From Pseudophaeobacter sp. EL27 (lineage in GTDB: Bacteria > Pseudomonadota > Alphaproteobacteria > Rhodobacterales > Rhodobacteraceae), in NCBI RefSeq assembly GCF_900313025.1, contig NZ_OMPQ01000008.1, forward strand, positions 394,482 through 458,481: a stretch of 64,000 bases of DNA, in the 5' to 3' direction. Every line of letters starts with the position of its first letter. Positions within the stretch are counted from its first letter, which is position 1. The notes below the pieces were generated by a model that made no database searches, was not told the DNA's origin, and saw nothing but the letters and a program-made list of their open reading frames with translations. Positions 29,237-39,377 of the stretch are shown one piece after another. Position numbers and translations under genes: made by a program.

Positions 29237-29313
29237 CGGCGGTTTCCGCGGCGTCCTTCTTTGTACCCTGCCCCTCCCGGTTTAGACCTAGAGAAACGAG
29301 GGAGGCACTGGAC

Positions 29314-30477
29314 ATGAAGAAACATCTCAAACGATTGCTACGGGCACTGGTGGTCTTTGCCATCATTCTGGCGGGCTTCGGGATTTGGAAGCGCGAGCAA
29401 ATCCAACGGCTCTGGGCCGTGAACTCGCTGTTTTCTGCGGAAAAGATCGTCAGCAATTTCTCCCACATGGATAAGGCCTTCCTGACCACCCCTGTAATGC
29501 GGGGCAGCGGGCCGGTCAGCCACCTTCCGACGGGCAGTACAATGACGCTGCCAGCTGAAACCGATGCCTGGATCAAAGACCGCTCGGTGACCTCCCTCTT
29601 GCTGATGAAGGCCGGGGAAATCCGTCATGAAAGCTATCATTTGGATACCCGTGCCGAAGATCGCCGCATCTCATGGTCAGTGGCCAAAAGTTACCTGTCG
29701 GCCCTCTTTGGGGTGCTGCTCGACGAGGGGGCTATTGCCTCCATTGATGATCCGGTGACCAAATATGCGCCGCTGCTGAAAGGAAGCGCCTATGATGGCG
29801 CCTCTATCCGCAACGTGTTGAACATGGCCAGTGGCGTCACCTTTGACGAAGACTATCTGGACTATGACTCCGACATCAACCGCATGGGCCGCGAGGTCGC
29901 ACTCGGCGGCACGCTGGATCAGTTCACCGCCGATCTGAGCGAGACCTTCGCCAGCCCCGGCGAGCGCTGGCAATATGTCTCAATCGACACCCATGTCATC
30001 GGCATGGTCATCCGTGGGGCCACTGGCAAAAGCATCGCCAGCCTGTTGCAGGACCGGATCATTGCACCACTGGGGCTGGAGCAGGATATCTACTATGTCA
30101 CCGACGGTGAGGGCGTTGCCTTTGTGCTGGGGGGCTTGAACATCACCACCCGCGACTATGCCCGCTTTGGCCTGATGATCGAACAGGATGGGCAATACGA
30201 TGGTCAGCAGGTGATACCCGCGGACTGGATTGCGGCCTCCACCGCGCCCTCAGCCCCAACCAAGTCCGACAAAATTGGCTATGGTTACCAGTGGTGGATC
30301 CCGGTTGGTGCCGAAGCAGGTGAATTCATGGCGCGCGGTGTCTATGGGCAATACATCTATATCGATCAGGCGCGTGACGTTGTCATCGTCAGTACCGCTG
30401 CAGACCGTAAGTTCCGCGAAAAGGGCGTCAACGAGATCAACATCGAAATGTTCCGAAAGCTGGCCCGAATCCTGTAG
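29314..30477 (+). CDS. Beta-lactamase-fold serine hydrolase (PBP/esterase family), membrane-anchored
   Basis: N-terminal TM, S-x-x-K motif (WSVAKSY) and a YxN-like motif further on. Confidence 0.7.
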   Translation: MKKHLKRLLRALVVFAIILAGFGIWKREQIQRLWAVNSLFSAEKIVSNFSHMDKAFLTTPVMRGSGPVSHLPTGSTMTLPAETDAWIKDRSVTSLLLMKAGEIRHESYHLDTRAEDRRISWSVAKSYLSALFGVLLDEGAIASIDDPVTKYAPLLKGSAYDGASIRNVLNMASGVTFDEDYLDYDSDINRMGREVALGGTLDQFTADLSETFASPGERWQYVSIDTHVIGMVIRGATGKSIASLLQDRIIAPLGLEQDIYYVTDGEGVAFVLGGLNITTRDYARFGLMIEQDGQYDGQQVIPADWIAASTAPSAPTKSDKIGYGYQWWIPVGAEAGEFMARGVYGQYIYIDQARDVVIVSTAADRKFREKGVNEINIEMFRKLARIL

Positions 30478-30487
30478 GCTGCCTGTT

Positions 30488-30877
30488 ATGAAACAGGATC
30501 AAAGCATAAATGTACTGGGCGGGGCTCTTGAGCCCTGCTCGCTCACCCCTCTCACTGGCTTCTTTCGCGATGGCCACTGCAACACCTGCGCCGAGGATCA
30601 GGGCAGCCACACTGTTTGCGCCGTCATGACGGCTGAGTTTCTTGCTTATTCCAAATATGTCGGCAATGACCTGTCCACACCGCGCCCCGAATATGGCTTT
30701 GCCGGCCTGACCCCTGGGGACCGTTGGTGTCTTTGTGCAGGTCGGTTCTTGCAGGCCGCGGATGAGGGCTGCGCGCCGCTTGTTCGTCTTGAAGCGACCC
30801 ATGCACGGGCCTTGGACGTAGTCCCCCTGCCACTGTTGCAACACCACAATGTCAGCACCTCTGGAACAGGCAGCTAA
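30488..30877 (+). CDS. DUF2237 family protein
   Basis: ~130 aa. NVLGG.LEPCS..PLTGFFRDGHC.TC..D.GSHTVCAVMT.EFL.YSK..GNDLSTP is characteristic of DUF2237. The tool ORF is over-extended upstream into the previous gene. Confidence 0.6.
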   Translation: MKQDQSINVLGGALEPCSLTPLTGFFRDGHCNTCAEDQGSHTVCAVMTAEFLAYSKYVGNDLSTPRPEYGFAGLTPGDRWCLCAGRFLQAADEGCAPLVRLEATHARALDVVPLPLLQHHNVSTSGTGS

Positions 30878-31031
30878 AGGCCCCGTCCGGGCCAACTGTT
30901 GGTACTCCTGCAGTTCTATACGATTGACCCGCTCTCGGTTTTGCAGCTATGGCAGGGCCGTAGCCAGCAATCACCGTCCCCTCGGGCGACCGACGCCAGC
31001 CTCTTTTCAATAATCAAACGAGGAGACCGGC

Positions 31032-31355
31032 ATGAGCTATATCGCCATGAACCGTTTTAAAATTCGCCCCGGCCGCGAAGCAGATTTTGAACAGATCTGG
31101 AAATCGCGCGAATCGCATCTAAATGAGCTGAACGGTTTTCGTGAGTTCCGCCTGCTCAAAGGCCCCCAGAGCGCAGAATTCAGCCTCTATTCCAGCCATG
31201 TTGTCTGGGACAGCCAGGAAGACTTTGACGCCTGGACCAAATCCGAACAGTTCCGCGCCTCGCACCGCAATGCGGGTAAGCGCGAGGGCGAAAGCCCGAT
31301 CCTGGGTCACCCCGAGTTTGAGGGGTTCGATACCGTTCTCCTAGAATCCGCTTGA
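31032..31355 (+). CDS. Antibiotic biosynthesis monooxygenase (ABM/Dabb) domain protein
   Basis: 107 aa, ferredoxin-like ABM pattern. Confidence 0.5.
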   Translation: MSYIAMNRFKIRPGREADFEQIWKSRESHLNELNGFREFRLLKGPQSAEFSLYSSHVVWDSQEDFDAWTKSEQFRASHRNAGKREGESPILGHPEFEGFDTVLLESA

Positions 31356-31427
31356 GAGATAAGAAACCTCTCTAAGCAAACTGCAGTGGCCGACCCGGTT
31401 ACCCGGATCGGCCATGGTGTTCAACGC

Positions 31428-32573
31428 TCAATCCCGCAGGCGCACAAGGTCGCTCATCAGGCCTTCAGTGCCATTGTGCACGGTCAGACAATCAACCTTG
31501 CTGGCGATGCTTTCCAGCGCCTCCAGCTCCTTCAACCGTAGCATGACCGGGTTGTCGGCCATGACCTTGGCTGTATTGAGCAGCGCGCGCGTCGCGTTAG
31601 TCTCTTCGCGGCGCCGGATCACATTGGCCTCAGCCTGTTTTTCCGCCGCCACCACCGAGGTGAGAATTTCGCGCATCTCGCCGGGCAGGATCACGTCTTT
31701 CAGCGCGATCTCCCCAACCTTGATGCCGATCTCTGCCATCTCGGTGCGAACCTTGTCGGCCGCAACTGCATCGACATTGACCTTTTCGGCCAGCAGCCGG
31801 TCCAGGGTCAGCGCCCCAAGGGTACGGCGAAAGGCCAGTTGCAGCGCCCGGTGCAGGGCCGCTTCAAAGTCCTTGACCGCGCCAACCGCCTTTACCGGGT
31901 CAACAACCTGGTAATCCGCCGAGAGGTTTACCCGGATGGTCACCCGGTCCTTCGTCAGGATCTCTTGTCCGGTCACCTCATGGCTGCGCAGACGCAGATC
32001 CACCTGTTTCACCGCCACATGACGGCCCAACCGCCAAAAGGCATGGGTGCCAGGGGGCAGTTGCTCCAAGAAGTTCCCGTCCACTGTCAGCAGCCCTGTA
32101 TGACCCTCGGCAACCTCAACCGTGCTAAAGCGCGTGGCCAGCCCCAGCCGCACCAGACGTTTGGCCAGCGCAAGCGGCAATTGCAGGGTCTCGCCCAGCA
32201 CATGGCGCTCCACCTCCCAGGGACCGGCGTCTTTCCAAAAGACCGCCCGCTCTTCGGGCAGGAGAACCTCATGCGGTGTCCCGTCGCGCAGAACAACCAG
32301 CACCTCGCCTTCAGCGGCGCGGAACTCCTGCAGATGCGCCTCTGCCAGATCAGGGCTGGCCTTTAGCAAGGCCTCCGCATAGCGCGACTTGAAACGGGGG
32401 TGGTCCATGGCATGCATCTCAACTGCGCAGTTTTTGTGTGGGATCCGGTTTTCACCAGCCCCCAGAATGGCGTGGAACCGCCCCTTGTGGAGCACCAGCA
32501 TCCGCTGGCCTTCGCTCAAGGTAACCCGGGTATGGCCGGTCACAAGGTCAGCAAGTGTTTGCACGATTGTCAT
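31428..32573 (-). CDS. SPFH/band-7 (stomatin/slipin-like) domain protein with N-terminal extra domain
   Basis: Band-7 core followed by a coiled-coil/Ala-rich tail. Start placed at the internal ATG after an AGGAGA RBS, approximately. Confidence 0.65.
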   Translation of the reverse strand: MTIVQTLADLVTGHTRVTLSEGQRMLVLHKGRFHAILGAGENRIPHKNCAVEMHAMDHPRFKSRYAEALLKASPDLAEAHLQEFRAAEGEVLVVLRDGTPHEVLLPEERAVFWKDAGPWEVERHVLGETLQLPLALAKRLVRLGLATRFSTVEVAEGHTGLLTVDGNFLEQLPPGTHAFWRLGRHVAVKQVDLRLRSHEVTGQEILTKDRVTIRVNLSADYQVVDPVKAVGAVKDFEAALHRALQLAFRRTLGALTLDRLLAEKVNVDAVAADKVRTEMAEIGIKVGEIALKDVILPGEMREILTSVVAAEKQAEANVIRRREETNATRALLNTAKVMADNPVMLRLKELEALESIASKVDCLTVHNGTEGLMSDLVRLRD

Positions 32574-32953
32574 TTTTCTTCTCCTGTTCAAATCGCCTAT
32601 CGTCGTCGCAAAATGCGAACTCCTTTTTGTTGTCAGGGGGTTGCAGCCCGATTGGCTGTCAGGTGTGGGCCCCAAAATCTGGGGCGAAAAGATCCGGAAA
32701 TCCGCCGCGCCATGGAGCCTTGCGAAAGTTCTGCGAGAGGGCCATTGGATTGCAAGCGCGCCTTTGGGAGCCTTCCCCAGGGCGGACCTGCAACCGGCAG
32801 AACCGTCATCAGCGCTTCGGCAGGGAGTCAGAGCAGCAGGACCAAAACCCAGTCAGACCGGAGTCTGATTGGCAGGGCCCTCCTGCTGGAAGATCCCCGG
32901 ATCCGATAGTTGAGGACCGCTTACGCGGCCGGCGTTGAAGGCCGGTGCTGATT

Positions 32954-33026
32954 GAACGGCTTTTTCAAATGACGGGAGTCGAACCCGCTCCATTTCGATT
33001 AACAGTCGAATGCTCTTCCAGATGAG
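32954..33026 (-). tRNA. tRNA-Asn(GUU)-like gene (canonical D, anticodon and T arms; C1·A72 mismatch by manual fold; no encoded CCA)
   Basis: Minus-strand read: CCAAATG-TA-GCTC-ATCTGGAA-GAGC-A-TTCGA-CTGTTAA-TCGAA-ATGGA-GCGGG-TTCGACT-CCCGT-CATTTGA-A. Confidence 0.5.
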
Positions 33027-33096
33027 CTACATTTGGTGCTTAGGGAGGGATCGAACCTCCGCCTACAGAACCTGAATCTGTCGCTCTCCCACTGAG
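33024..33096 (-). tRNA. tRNA-like gene with class-I cloverleaf and anticodon CAG; the 3' acceptor strand does not pair with the 5' strand, so possibly a pseudogene or disrupted
   Basis: GCTGAAG-TA-GCTC-AGTGGGA-GAGC-G-ACAGA-TTCAGGT-TCTGT-AGGC-GGAGG-TTCGATC-CCTCC-CTAAGCA-CCA. The D, anticodon and T arms are canonical. Its CCA end abuts the 5' end of the Asn tRNA. Confidence 0.35.
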
Positions 33097-33425
33097 CTAC
33101 TTCAGCCAACCAATCCGGAATTCCGCGGCCCTGGCATACGGGATCGGCAGCGCCGTCCGCACCGGGAGAGTGATCACCTCTGCCCGCTAGGGTCCGGTTC
33201 AACCTGACCGGTGAAGCGCTGTTTAGGCGGGAAGCATGATTTCACTCAATAAGTTATTTTGGCACCCAGCACACCCTTGGCGTGTGCGCAGCAAAATTAC
33301 CCAGTCACGCAATATCTGCAAACATCCCGCGACAATAGCAAAACGGCGCCCCTGATTTGGGACGCCGTGTTTTGCAGATGTTTCAAAAACCGACTGGCCG
33401 GTTTGGCCTGTTCAGCACCAAGGGC

Positions 33426-34685
33426 TTACTCCTCGAAGGAGCGCCCCTCTTCGGTGTCGGACATGTCAAAGCCCAGGTGTTTGGCCACGGTGAAGACATC
33501 CTTGTCGCCGCGTCCGCACATGTTCATCACGATGATGTGGTCTTTTGGCAGATCTGGCGCGATCTTGATCACATGAGCCAGCGCATGACTGGGCTCCAGC
33601 GCTGGGATGATGCCTTCCATCGCACAGGACAGCTGGAAAGCCTCCAGGGCCTCCTTGTCGGTGATAGAGACATATTCGGCGCGGCCAGTGTCATGCAGCC
33701 AGGAGTGCTCCGGGCCGATGCCTGGATAGTCCAGCCCGGCAGAGATCGAGAAACCTTCCTGGATCTGGCCATCCTCATCCTGCAGCAGATAGGTGCGGTT
33801 GCCGTGCAAGACGCCGGGGCGTCCACCGGTGAGCGAAGCACAGTGCTGCATCCGGTCATCCACGCCCTTACCGCCGGCCTCAACGCCGATGATATTGACG
33901 GATTTATCATCCAGGAAAGGGTGGAACAGGCCAATGGCGTTAGAGCCGCCACCGATGGCCGCGATCAGCGTATCCGGCAGGCGGCCTTCTCCCTCCTGCT
34001 CGGCCAGTTGCCAGCGGACTTCCTTGCCGATGATCGACTGGAAATCCCGGACCAAGGCCGGATAGGGATGTGGGCCAGCTGCCGTACCGATGCAGTAGAA
34101 TGTATCCTTGACGTTGGTCACCCAGTCCCGCAGCGCATCGTTCATCGCGTCCTTCAGGGTACCACGACCCGAGGTTACGGGGATGACTTCGGCGCCCAGC
34201 AGGCGCATGCGGAACACGTTTGGTGCCTGACGTTTCACGTCATGTGCACCCATATAAACCACACATTTCAGGCCAAACTTGGCACAGACAGTTGCGGTTG
34301 CAACCCCGTGCTGGCCCGCGCCGGTTTCGGCAATGATGCGGCTTTTGCCCATGCGGCGCGCCAGCAGGATCTGGCCCAGCACATTGTTGACTTTATGGGC
34401 GCCAGTGTGGTTCAGCTCGTCGCGTTTCATGTAGATCTTGGCACCACCCAGATGGGTGCTCAGACGTTCCGCATGATAGAGTGGGCTGGGACGACCTACA
34501 TAGTGCTTCCACAGGTCATCCATCTCTGCCCAGAAGCTGGGATCATCCTTGGCGCGATCATATTCCTCTTCCAGGCTGAGGATCAGCGGCATCAGGGTTT
34601 CCGAAACAAACCTCCCGCCAAAGATACCAAAACGACCCTTTTCGTCAGGTCCGTTCATAAAGCTGTTGAAGAGATCGTTTGCCAT
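33426..34685 (-). CDS. trpB: Tryptophan synthase beta subunit
   Basis: PLP enzyme motifs HTGAHKVNN and GGGSNA. Internal ATG start (MANDLFNSF) with RBS. Confidence 0.9.
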   Translation of the reverse strand: MANDLFNSFMNGPDEKGRFGIFGGRFVSETLMPLILSLEEEYDRAKDDPSFWAEMDDLWKHYVGRPSPLYHAERLSTHLGGAKIYMKRDELNHTGAHKVNNVLGQILLARRMGKSRIIAETGAGQHGVATATVCAKFGLKCVVYMGAHDVKRQAPNVFRMRLLGAEVIPVTSGRGTLKDAMNDALRDWVTNVKDTFYCIGTAAGPHPYPALVRDFQSIIGKEVRWQLAEQEGEGRLPDTLIAAIGGGSNAIGLFHPFLDDKSVNIIGVEAGGKGVDDRMQHCASLTGGRPGVLHGNRTYLLQDEDGQIQEGFSISAGLDYPGIGPEHSWLHDTGRAEYVSITDKEALEAFQLSCAMEGIIPALEPSHALAHVIKIAPDLPKDHIIVMNMCGRGDKDVFTVAKHLGFDMSDTEEGRSFEE

Positions 34686-34827
34686 GGTTCTTCCCCTTGT
34701 CGCAGCACTGATCGCAGCGCCCGACATGACTAGCGCGCAGGCGGCGGCGGGTAAAGAGAGGCCGGGCAGGATTCTGGTCTCCTAACCACAGTTTCACCTA
34801 TGGATGCGCCCCTTGCCCTGTCGGCAG

Positions 34828-35481
34828 TCAGCCCGCAGCAGACAGGGCCGCGGAGGTAAAGCGACCGATCAGATCAGCATCCTTTTGCCCCGGTGCGGTC
34901 TCGACTCCGGAAGAGACATCGACCTGACGCGCGCCAGTCAAGCGCACCGCCTCAGCCACATTGTCAGGGGTAAGACCACCCGCCAGCATCCAGGGGCGTT
35001 GCCAGTATTTGCGCCCGGCCAGCAGACGCCAGTCAAAGGCCAGCCCATTGCCACCCGGCAGATCAGCATCCTTGGGGGGCTTGGCATCGATCAGCAACTG
35101 ATCGGCAATCTGTGAATAGAGGTCAATCTTTGCCAGATCTTCGGCCCCGGCAATCCCAATTGCCTTCATAACCGACAAACCATAGCGCGCCTTGACCTGC
35201 GCCACCCGCTCCGGGCTCTCGCCGCCGTGCAGCTGTAGCATGTCCAGCGGCACCGCCTCGGTCAGCGCGTCCAACATGGCGTCATCAGCATTGACGGTCA
35301 GCGCCACTTTGCACAGCCCAACGGGGGCTTCCAGCGCCAGGCTGGCGGCCTGTTCAAAGGAGACGTTACGTGGGGATTTGGGGAAGAAAACAAATCCTAC
35401 ATAGCCAGCGCCCGCAGAGGCAGCCGCAGCCACATCCTGCGGGGTTTTAAGCCCGCAGATCTTAACCCGAATAGCACTCAT
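34828..35481 (-). CDS. trpF: Phosphoribosylanthranilate isomerase
   Basis: 217 aa. IRVKICG...GYVGFVF...LHGGE is typical of TrpF. Confidence 0.85.
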   Translation of the reverse strand: MSAIRVKICGLKTPQDVAAAASAGAGYVGFVFFPKSPRNVSFEQAASLALEAPVGLCKVALTVNADDAMLDALTEAVPLDMLQLHGGESPERVAQVKARYGLSVMKAIGIAGAEDLAKIDLYSQIADQLLIDAKPPKDADLPGGNGLAFDWRLLAGRKYWQRPWMLAGGLTPDNVAEAVRLTGARQVDVSSGVETAPGQKDADLIGRFTSAALSAAG

Positions 35482-35490
35482 CCGCCTTAC

Positions 35491-35841
35491 TCAGCCAGCT
35501 TCTTCCAGAAGGGCCAGAACCTCGTCCTTGCCCTCGTGTTTTTGCTGCTTCAGCTTCTTCACCTCGCGTGAGAGCTTTTTCACTTCGCGATTCTGAGTGC
35601 TGACAGCGCGGCGGTGCTTATGCTCGCGGAGCCACTCCCAGGTAAAGCCAATCGCCAGACCAACACCCAGACCGCCCAGAACCACCACAAAAAGCGGCAA
35701 AGAGATCGAGGGGTTCATCCCGGCAAATTCCGAAACTGCATCCGGCAGCAATTTCAGCGCAACAACAGAGCGGTTTGCGATACAAACCGACACCAACAAG
35801 AGCCCCAGAGTTCCCAGGACAGCGTAGCGAATATAACGCAT
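35491..35841 (-). CDS. DUF1049 / LPS-assembly LapA-domain inner membrane protein (unrelated to the adhesin LapA)
   Basis: 116 aa, two TM helices and a Lys-rich coiled tail. It holds the conserved position between ihfB and trpF. Confidence 0.5.
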   Translation of the reverse strand: MRYIRYAVLGTLGLLLVSVCIANRSVVALKLLPDAVSEFAGMNPSISLPLFVVVLGGLGVGLAIGFTWEWLREHKHRRAVSTQNREVKKLSREVKKLKQQKHEGKDEVLALLEEAG

Positions 35842-36126
35842 TTAGGCCTTTCCGTTCAGGCGGTCCCTCAAGAGCTTACCGGTCTTGAAGAACGGAACAT
35901 GTTTTTCTTCAACTTGGACAGTTTCCCCGGTGCGTGGGTTGCGGCCAACCCGCGAATCTCTTTGTTTGACCGAGAAAGCGCCAAAGCCACGCAATTCGAC
36001 CCGGTCACCCCGGGACATCGCGTCAGTCACTTCCTCAAACACCGTGTTCACGATCCTTTCGACATCCCGCTGATACAGGTGCGGGTTTTCGTCTGCAATC
36101 TTCTGAATCAATTCAGAACGGATCAT
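35842..36126 (-). CDS. ihfB: Integration host factor beta subunit
   Basis: 94 aa from the internal ATG ([11 protein letters not shown]) with a GGGAGGG RBS. HU/IHF fold motifs GFGAF and RNPRTGE. Confidence 0.85.
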   Translation of the reverse strand: MIRSELIQKIADENPHLYQRDVERIVNTVFEEVTDAMSRGDRVELRGFGAFSVKQRDSRVGRNPRTGETVQVEEKHVPFFKTGKLLRDRLNGKA

Positions 36127-36469
36127 ACTTACTGCCCTCCCAGATGTACGCAAGCCTTTGTCGGCTAACGACAACTATAGGTACAAAAGCCCCGTCTAGG
36201 AACCAAAACAGAGGACACATGGCCGATATTTGCCCTGCAAAATTCGTCAAACGACCACAAAATCTCGATTTTGCCTCCGGTTAACAGCAAAGTTGACGCA
36301 GCGAAGGCCTCAGCCGACGTCACAAGGCCCCAGGAGAAGTGATTGATTCGCAATCGGTTACCAGCGATGCCATGAGCACCTGTTCGGCGGATCCTCAGGA
36401 CCTGGACAAGGCACGAACCCAGGGCAGGCCCCCACTTCCACCTCTAACCAGATTGGTGGAAATCCGCCC

Positions 36470-36502
36470 AAAAAGAAACGGCCCCGCCAAAAGGCAGGGC
36501 CG
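36470..36502 (-). terminator. Probable rho-independent terminator downstream of rpsA
   Basis: Imperfect GC stem cggccccgcc/ggcagggccg with a T-run on the minus strand. Confidence 0.4.
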
Positions 36503-36537
36503 CTCGAATGGTTTAAAACCTAAAGTGCAGGTCGAAA

Positions 36538-38214
36538 TTAGTCGTTGTTCAGAGCTGCGCCCAGGATGTCGCCCAAGCTTGCGCCGGAATCCGAGGAACC
36601 ATACTGCTCAACAGCTTCTTTTTCTTCTGCGATCTCGCGGGCTTTGATCGACAGACCCAGACGACGGGTCTTGCTGTCGACATTGGTGACGCGAACGTCG
36701 ACCTTGTCGCCAACATTGAAGCGCTCGGGGCGCTGCTCAGCACGATCACGCGACAGGTCGGAACGACGGATGAAGCTCTTCATGCCTTCGTATTCGACTT
36801 CAATGCCGCCTTCTTCGATGGCAGTGACGTTCACGGTGACAATGGAGCCACGCTTCACGCCGCCAACGGCTTCAGCGAACTTGTCGCCGCCCAGGGCTTT
36901 GATCGACAGGGAGATACGCTCTTTTTCAACGTCTACTTCGGAGACAACGGCCGAAACCATGTCGCCTTTGCGGTAGTTCTGGATCGCATCTTCGCCGCGC
37001 TCGTCCCAGGACAGGTCGGACAGGTGAACCATGCCGTCGATGTCGCCTTCGAGGCCGATGAACAGACCGAATTCGGTGATGTTCTTGACTTCGCCTTCGA
37101 CTTCGGTGCCCTCGGGGTTGCTCTCGGAGAACACTTCCCATGGGTTACGCTGTGTCTGCTTGAGACCCAGGGAAACGCGACGCTTGGAACCGTCGATTTC
37201 CAGAACCATGACGTCGACTTCCTGCGAAGTGGAGACGATCTTGCCGGGGTGTACGTTCTTCTTGGTCCAGGACATCTCGGAGACGTGGACCAGACCTTCA
37301 ACACCGGGCTCCAGCTCAACAAATGCACCGTAATCGGTGATGTTGGTAACACGGCCTTTGTGGACCGAGGAGAGCGGATACTTGGCGCCAACCAGATCCC
37401 ATGGATCTTCCTGCAGCTGTTTCATGCCGAGGGAGATACGGTGGGTCTCTTTGTTGATCTTGATGACCTGAACCTTGACGGTTTCGCCGATCGCCAGGAT
37501 CTCGGAGGGGTGGTTCACACGACGCCATGCCATGTCGGTGACGTGCAGCAGGCCGTCTACGCCGCCGAGGTCAACAAAGGCACCGTATTCGGTGATGTTC
37601 TTGACCACACCGTCAACAGAATCGCCTTCGGAGAGTTTGCCGATAACTTCGGCGCGCTGTTCGGCGCGGGACTCTTCGAGGATCGCACGACGCGATACAA
37701 CGATATTGCCACGACGACGGTCCATTTTCAGGATCTGGAAGGGCTGCTTCAGACCCATCAGAGGGCCAGCGTCGCGCACGGGGCGGACGTCAACTTGCGA
37801 ACCTGGTAGGAAGGCAACTGCGCCACCCAGATCGACTGTGAAGCCACCTTTGACACGACCAAAGATCGCGCCTTCGACGCGCTCGTCGTCGGCATAGGCT
37901 TTTTCCAGACGGTCCCAAGCTTCTTCGCGGCGTGCCATCTCGCGGGAGATAACGGCTTCGCCACGGGCATTCTCAGCGGAACGCAGGTAGACTTCTACCT
38001 CGTCACCGACTGCGATTTCAGGAGCTTCGCCAGGGTTTGCGAATTCTTTAAGGTCGACGCGGCCTTCCATCTTGTAGCCTACGTCGATCAGGGCCTGGCC
38101 CGCTTCGATCGCGATAACCTTGCCTTTAACAACGGAACCCTCATTTGGGGTGTCCATTTCGAAGCTTTCATTCAGAAGGGCTTCGAAGTCCTCCATAGAT
38201 ACGTTTTGAGCCAT
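36538..38214 (-). CDS. rpsA: 30S ribosomal protein S1
   Basis: 558 aa with six S1 domains. Confidence 0.95.
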   Translation of the reverse strand: MAQNVSMEDFEALLNESFEMDTPNEGSVVKGKVIAIEAGQALIDVGYKMEGRVDLKEFANPGEAPEIAVGDEVEVYLRSAENARGEAVISREMARREEAWDRLEKAYADDERVEGAIFGRVKGGFTVDLGGAVAFLPGSQVDVRPVRDAGPLMGLKQPFQILKMDRRRGNIVVSRRAILEESRAEQRAEVIGKLSEGDSVDGVVKNITEYGAFVDLGGVDGLLHVTDMAWRRVNHPSEILAIGETVKVQVIKINKETHRISLGMKQLQEDPWDLVGAKYPLSSVHKGRVTNITDYGAFVELEPGVEGLVHVSEMSWTKKNVHPGKIVSTSQEVDVMVLEIDGSKRRVSLGLKQTQRNPWEVFSESNPEGTEVEGEVKNITEFGLFIGLEGDIDGMVHLSDLSWDERGEDAIQNYRKGDMVSAVVSEVDVEKERISLSIKALGGDKFAEAVGGVKRGSIVTVNVTAIEEGGIEVEYEGMKSFIRRSDLSRDRAEQRPERFNVGDKVDVRVTNVDSKTRRLGLSIKAREIAEEKEAVEQYGSSDSGASLGDILGAALNND

Positions 38215-38557
38215 GAGGTCTCAGGTTTCCTTTACAAAGTTTTCTGGCCGTGCGGTTGTCTCCGCCGGTCTTGGGGTTTGGTCGCATGGAACGTGGCACG
38301 AAGACATCTGAAGCAAACAAACACAAAGGGCCGGAACTTACCCCGACCCTGCTCAGATTGTCATTCGAGCGTTAGCCGCCCCTATACTGACAGCGCGCTT
38401 ATTAAGCGGATTCCCTGCCCCGCGCAAGAGAAACCCGCGCAGGGTGCAAGAATAGGCCTTGTTTATCAGGAGCGATGGTAGAAAAAACCGCACAATCGGC
38501 CCGTCCCTTTAGGACCTGAATGGGGCGGCTCTGGGTAAGCTGCACCATCCTGTCTGA

Positions 38558-39217
38558 TCAATCCATATTGGTGACAAATGTACTCAGCGGTTTGCGTACC
38601 TTCTTGAGGTTCAACAGCCAATCGCCGCTCTCATCGCGGGTGCCCAACGGCAGCAACAGGACCGAACGCAAGCCTTTTTCCTTCAGGCCCAGGATCTCGT
38701 CCACTTGCGCCGGATCAAACCCTTCCATCGGGGTGCTGTCCACGCCCAGCTCTGCCGCGGCCGCCAGAGCAAAGCCCAGACCAATATAGGCCTGACGAGC
38801 TGCATGGGCGTAGTTTTCCTCTTCGGAGCGGGGCAGGTACATCGCCTTGAGGCGATCATAATAGCCCTGCAACAGGTCATTCATGCCGCCGCGCTCGGCT
38901 GCCATCTGGTCGACCACCGCGTCGATGCGCTCTTCGCTGTAGTTATCCCAGGCGGCAAAGACCAGCAGATGCGAGCCATCGGTAATCTGCGCCTGATCCC
39001 AGGCAACAGGGCGAATAGTCGCCCGCAGGTCTTTGTTGCGCACAACCAGCAATTCATAAGGCTGCAAGCCGCTGGAGGTTGGTGCCATTTGTACAGCCTC
39101 GACGATCTTCGCCACGGCTTCTTCCGCCACTGGCTTGGAAGGGTCCATCTTTTTGGTGGCATAGCGCCAGTTCAGCTTTTCTAGAAACATCGTCTTTCCC
39201 GTCATTGGAAGGTTCAC
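38558..39217 (-). CDS. Nitroreductase family NAD(P)H-dependent oxidoreductase
   Basis: Nitroreductase fold motifs. The exact start is uncertain (M1, M5 or M10). Confidence 0.7.
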   Translation of the reverse strand: MNLPMTGKTMFLEKLNWRYATKKMDPSKPVAEEAVAKIVEAVQMAPTSSGLQPYELLVVRNKDLRATIRPVAWDQAQITDGSHLLVFAAWDNYSEERIDAVVDQMAAERGGMNDLLQGYYDRLKAMYLPRSEEENYAHAARQAYIGLGFALAAAAELGVDSTPMEGFDPAQVDEILGLKEKGLRSVLLLPLGTRDESGDWLLNLKKVRKPLSTFVTNMD

Positions 39218-39377
39218 CTCCCCATATCGGAACTAAACAGTTCAGTTCAATATCTGACGAAAAATTTCTTCCGACGAGACCTAACGGAAGCTTTGAGCCC
39301 AAACCTACCTCTAAGAATCCAGCTCTGTTCAATTATTGTGAGAGGCAAGCTATGCCACTAGTGTCTCATCAAATTGC

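Noticed and set aside
30230-30487. Upstream extension of the DUF2237 ORF overlapping the serine-hydrolase gene
   Set aside because: DUF2237 proteins are ~120–130 aa. An internal ATG right after the hydrolase stop fits the family's N-terminus.
33357-34733. 458-aa plus-strand ORF overlapping trpB
   Set aside because: Antisense to trpB, which has conserved PLP motifs. No start context.
37024-37809. 261-aa ORF antisense to rpsA
   Set aside because: Shadow ORF within the S1 gene.
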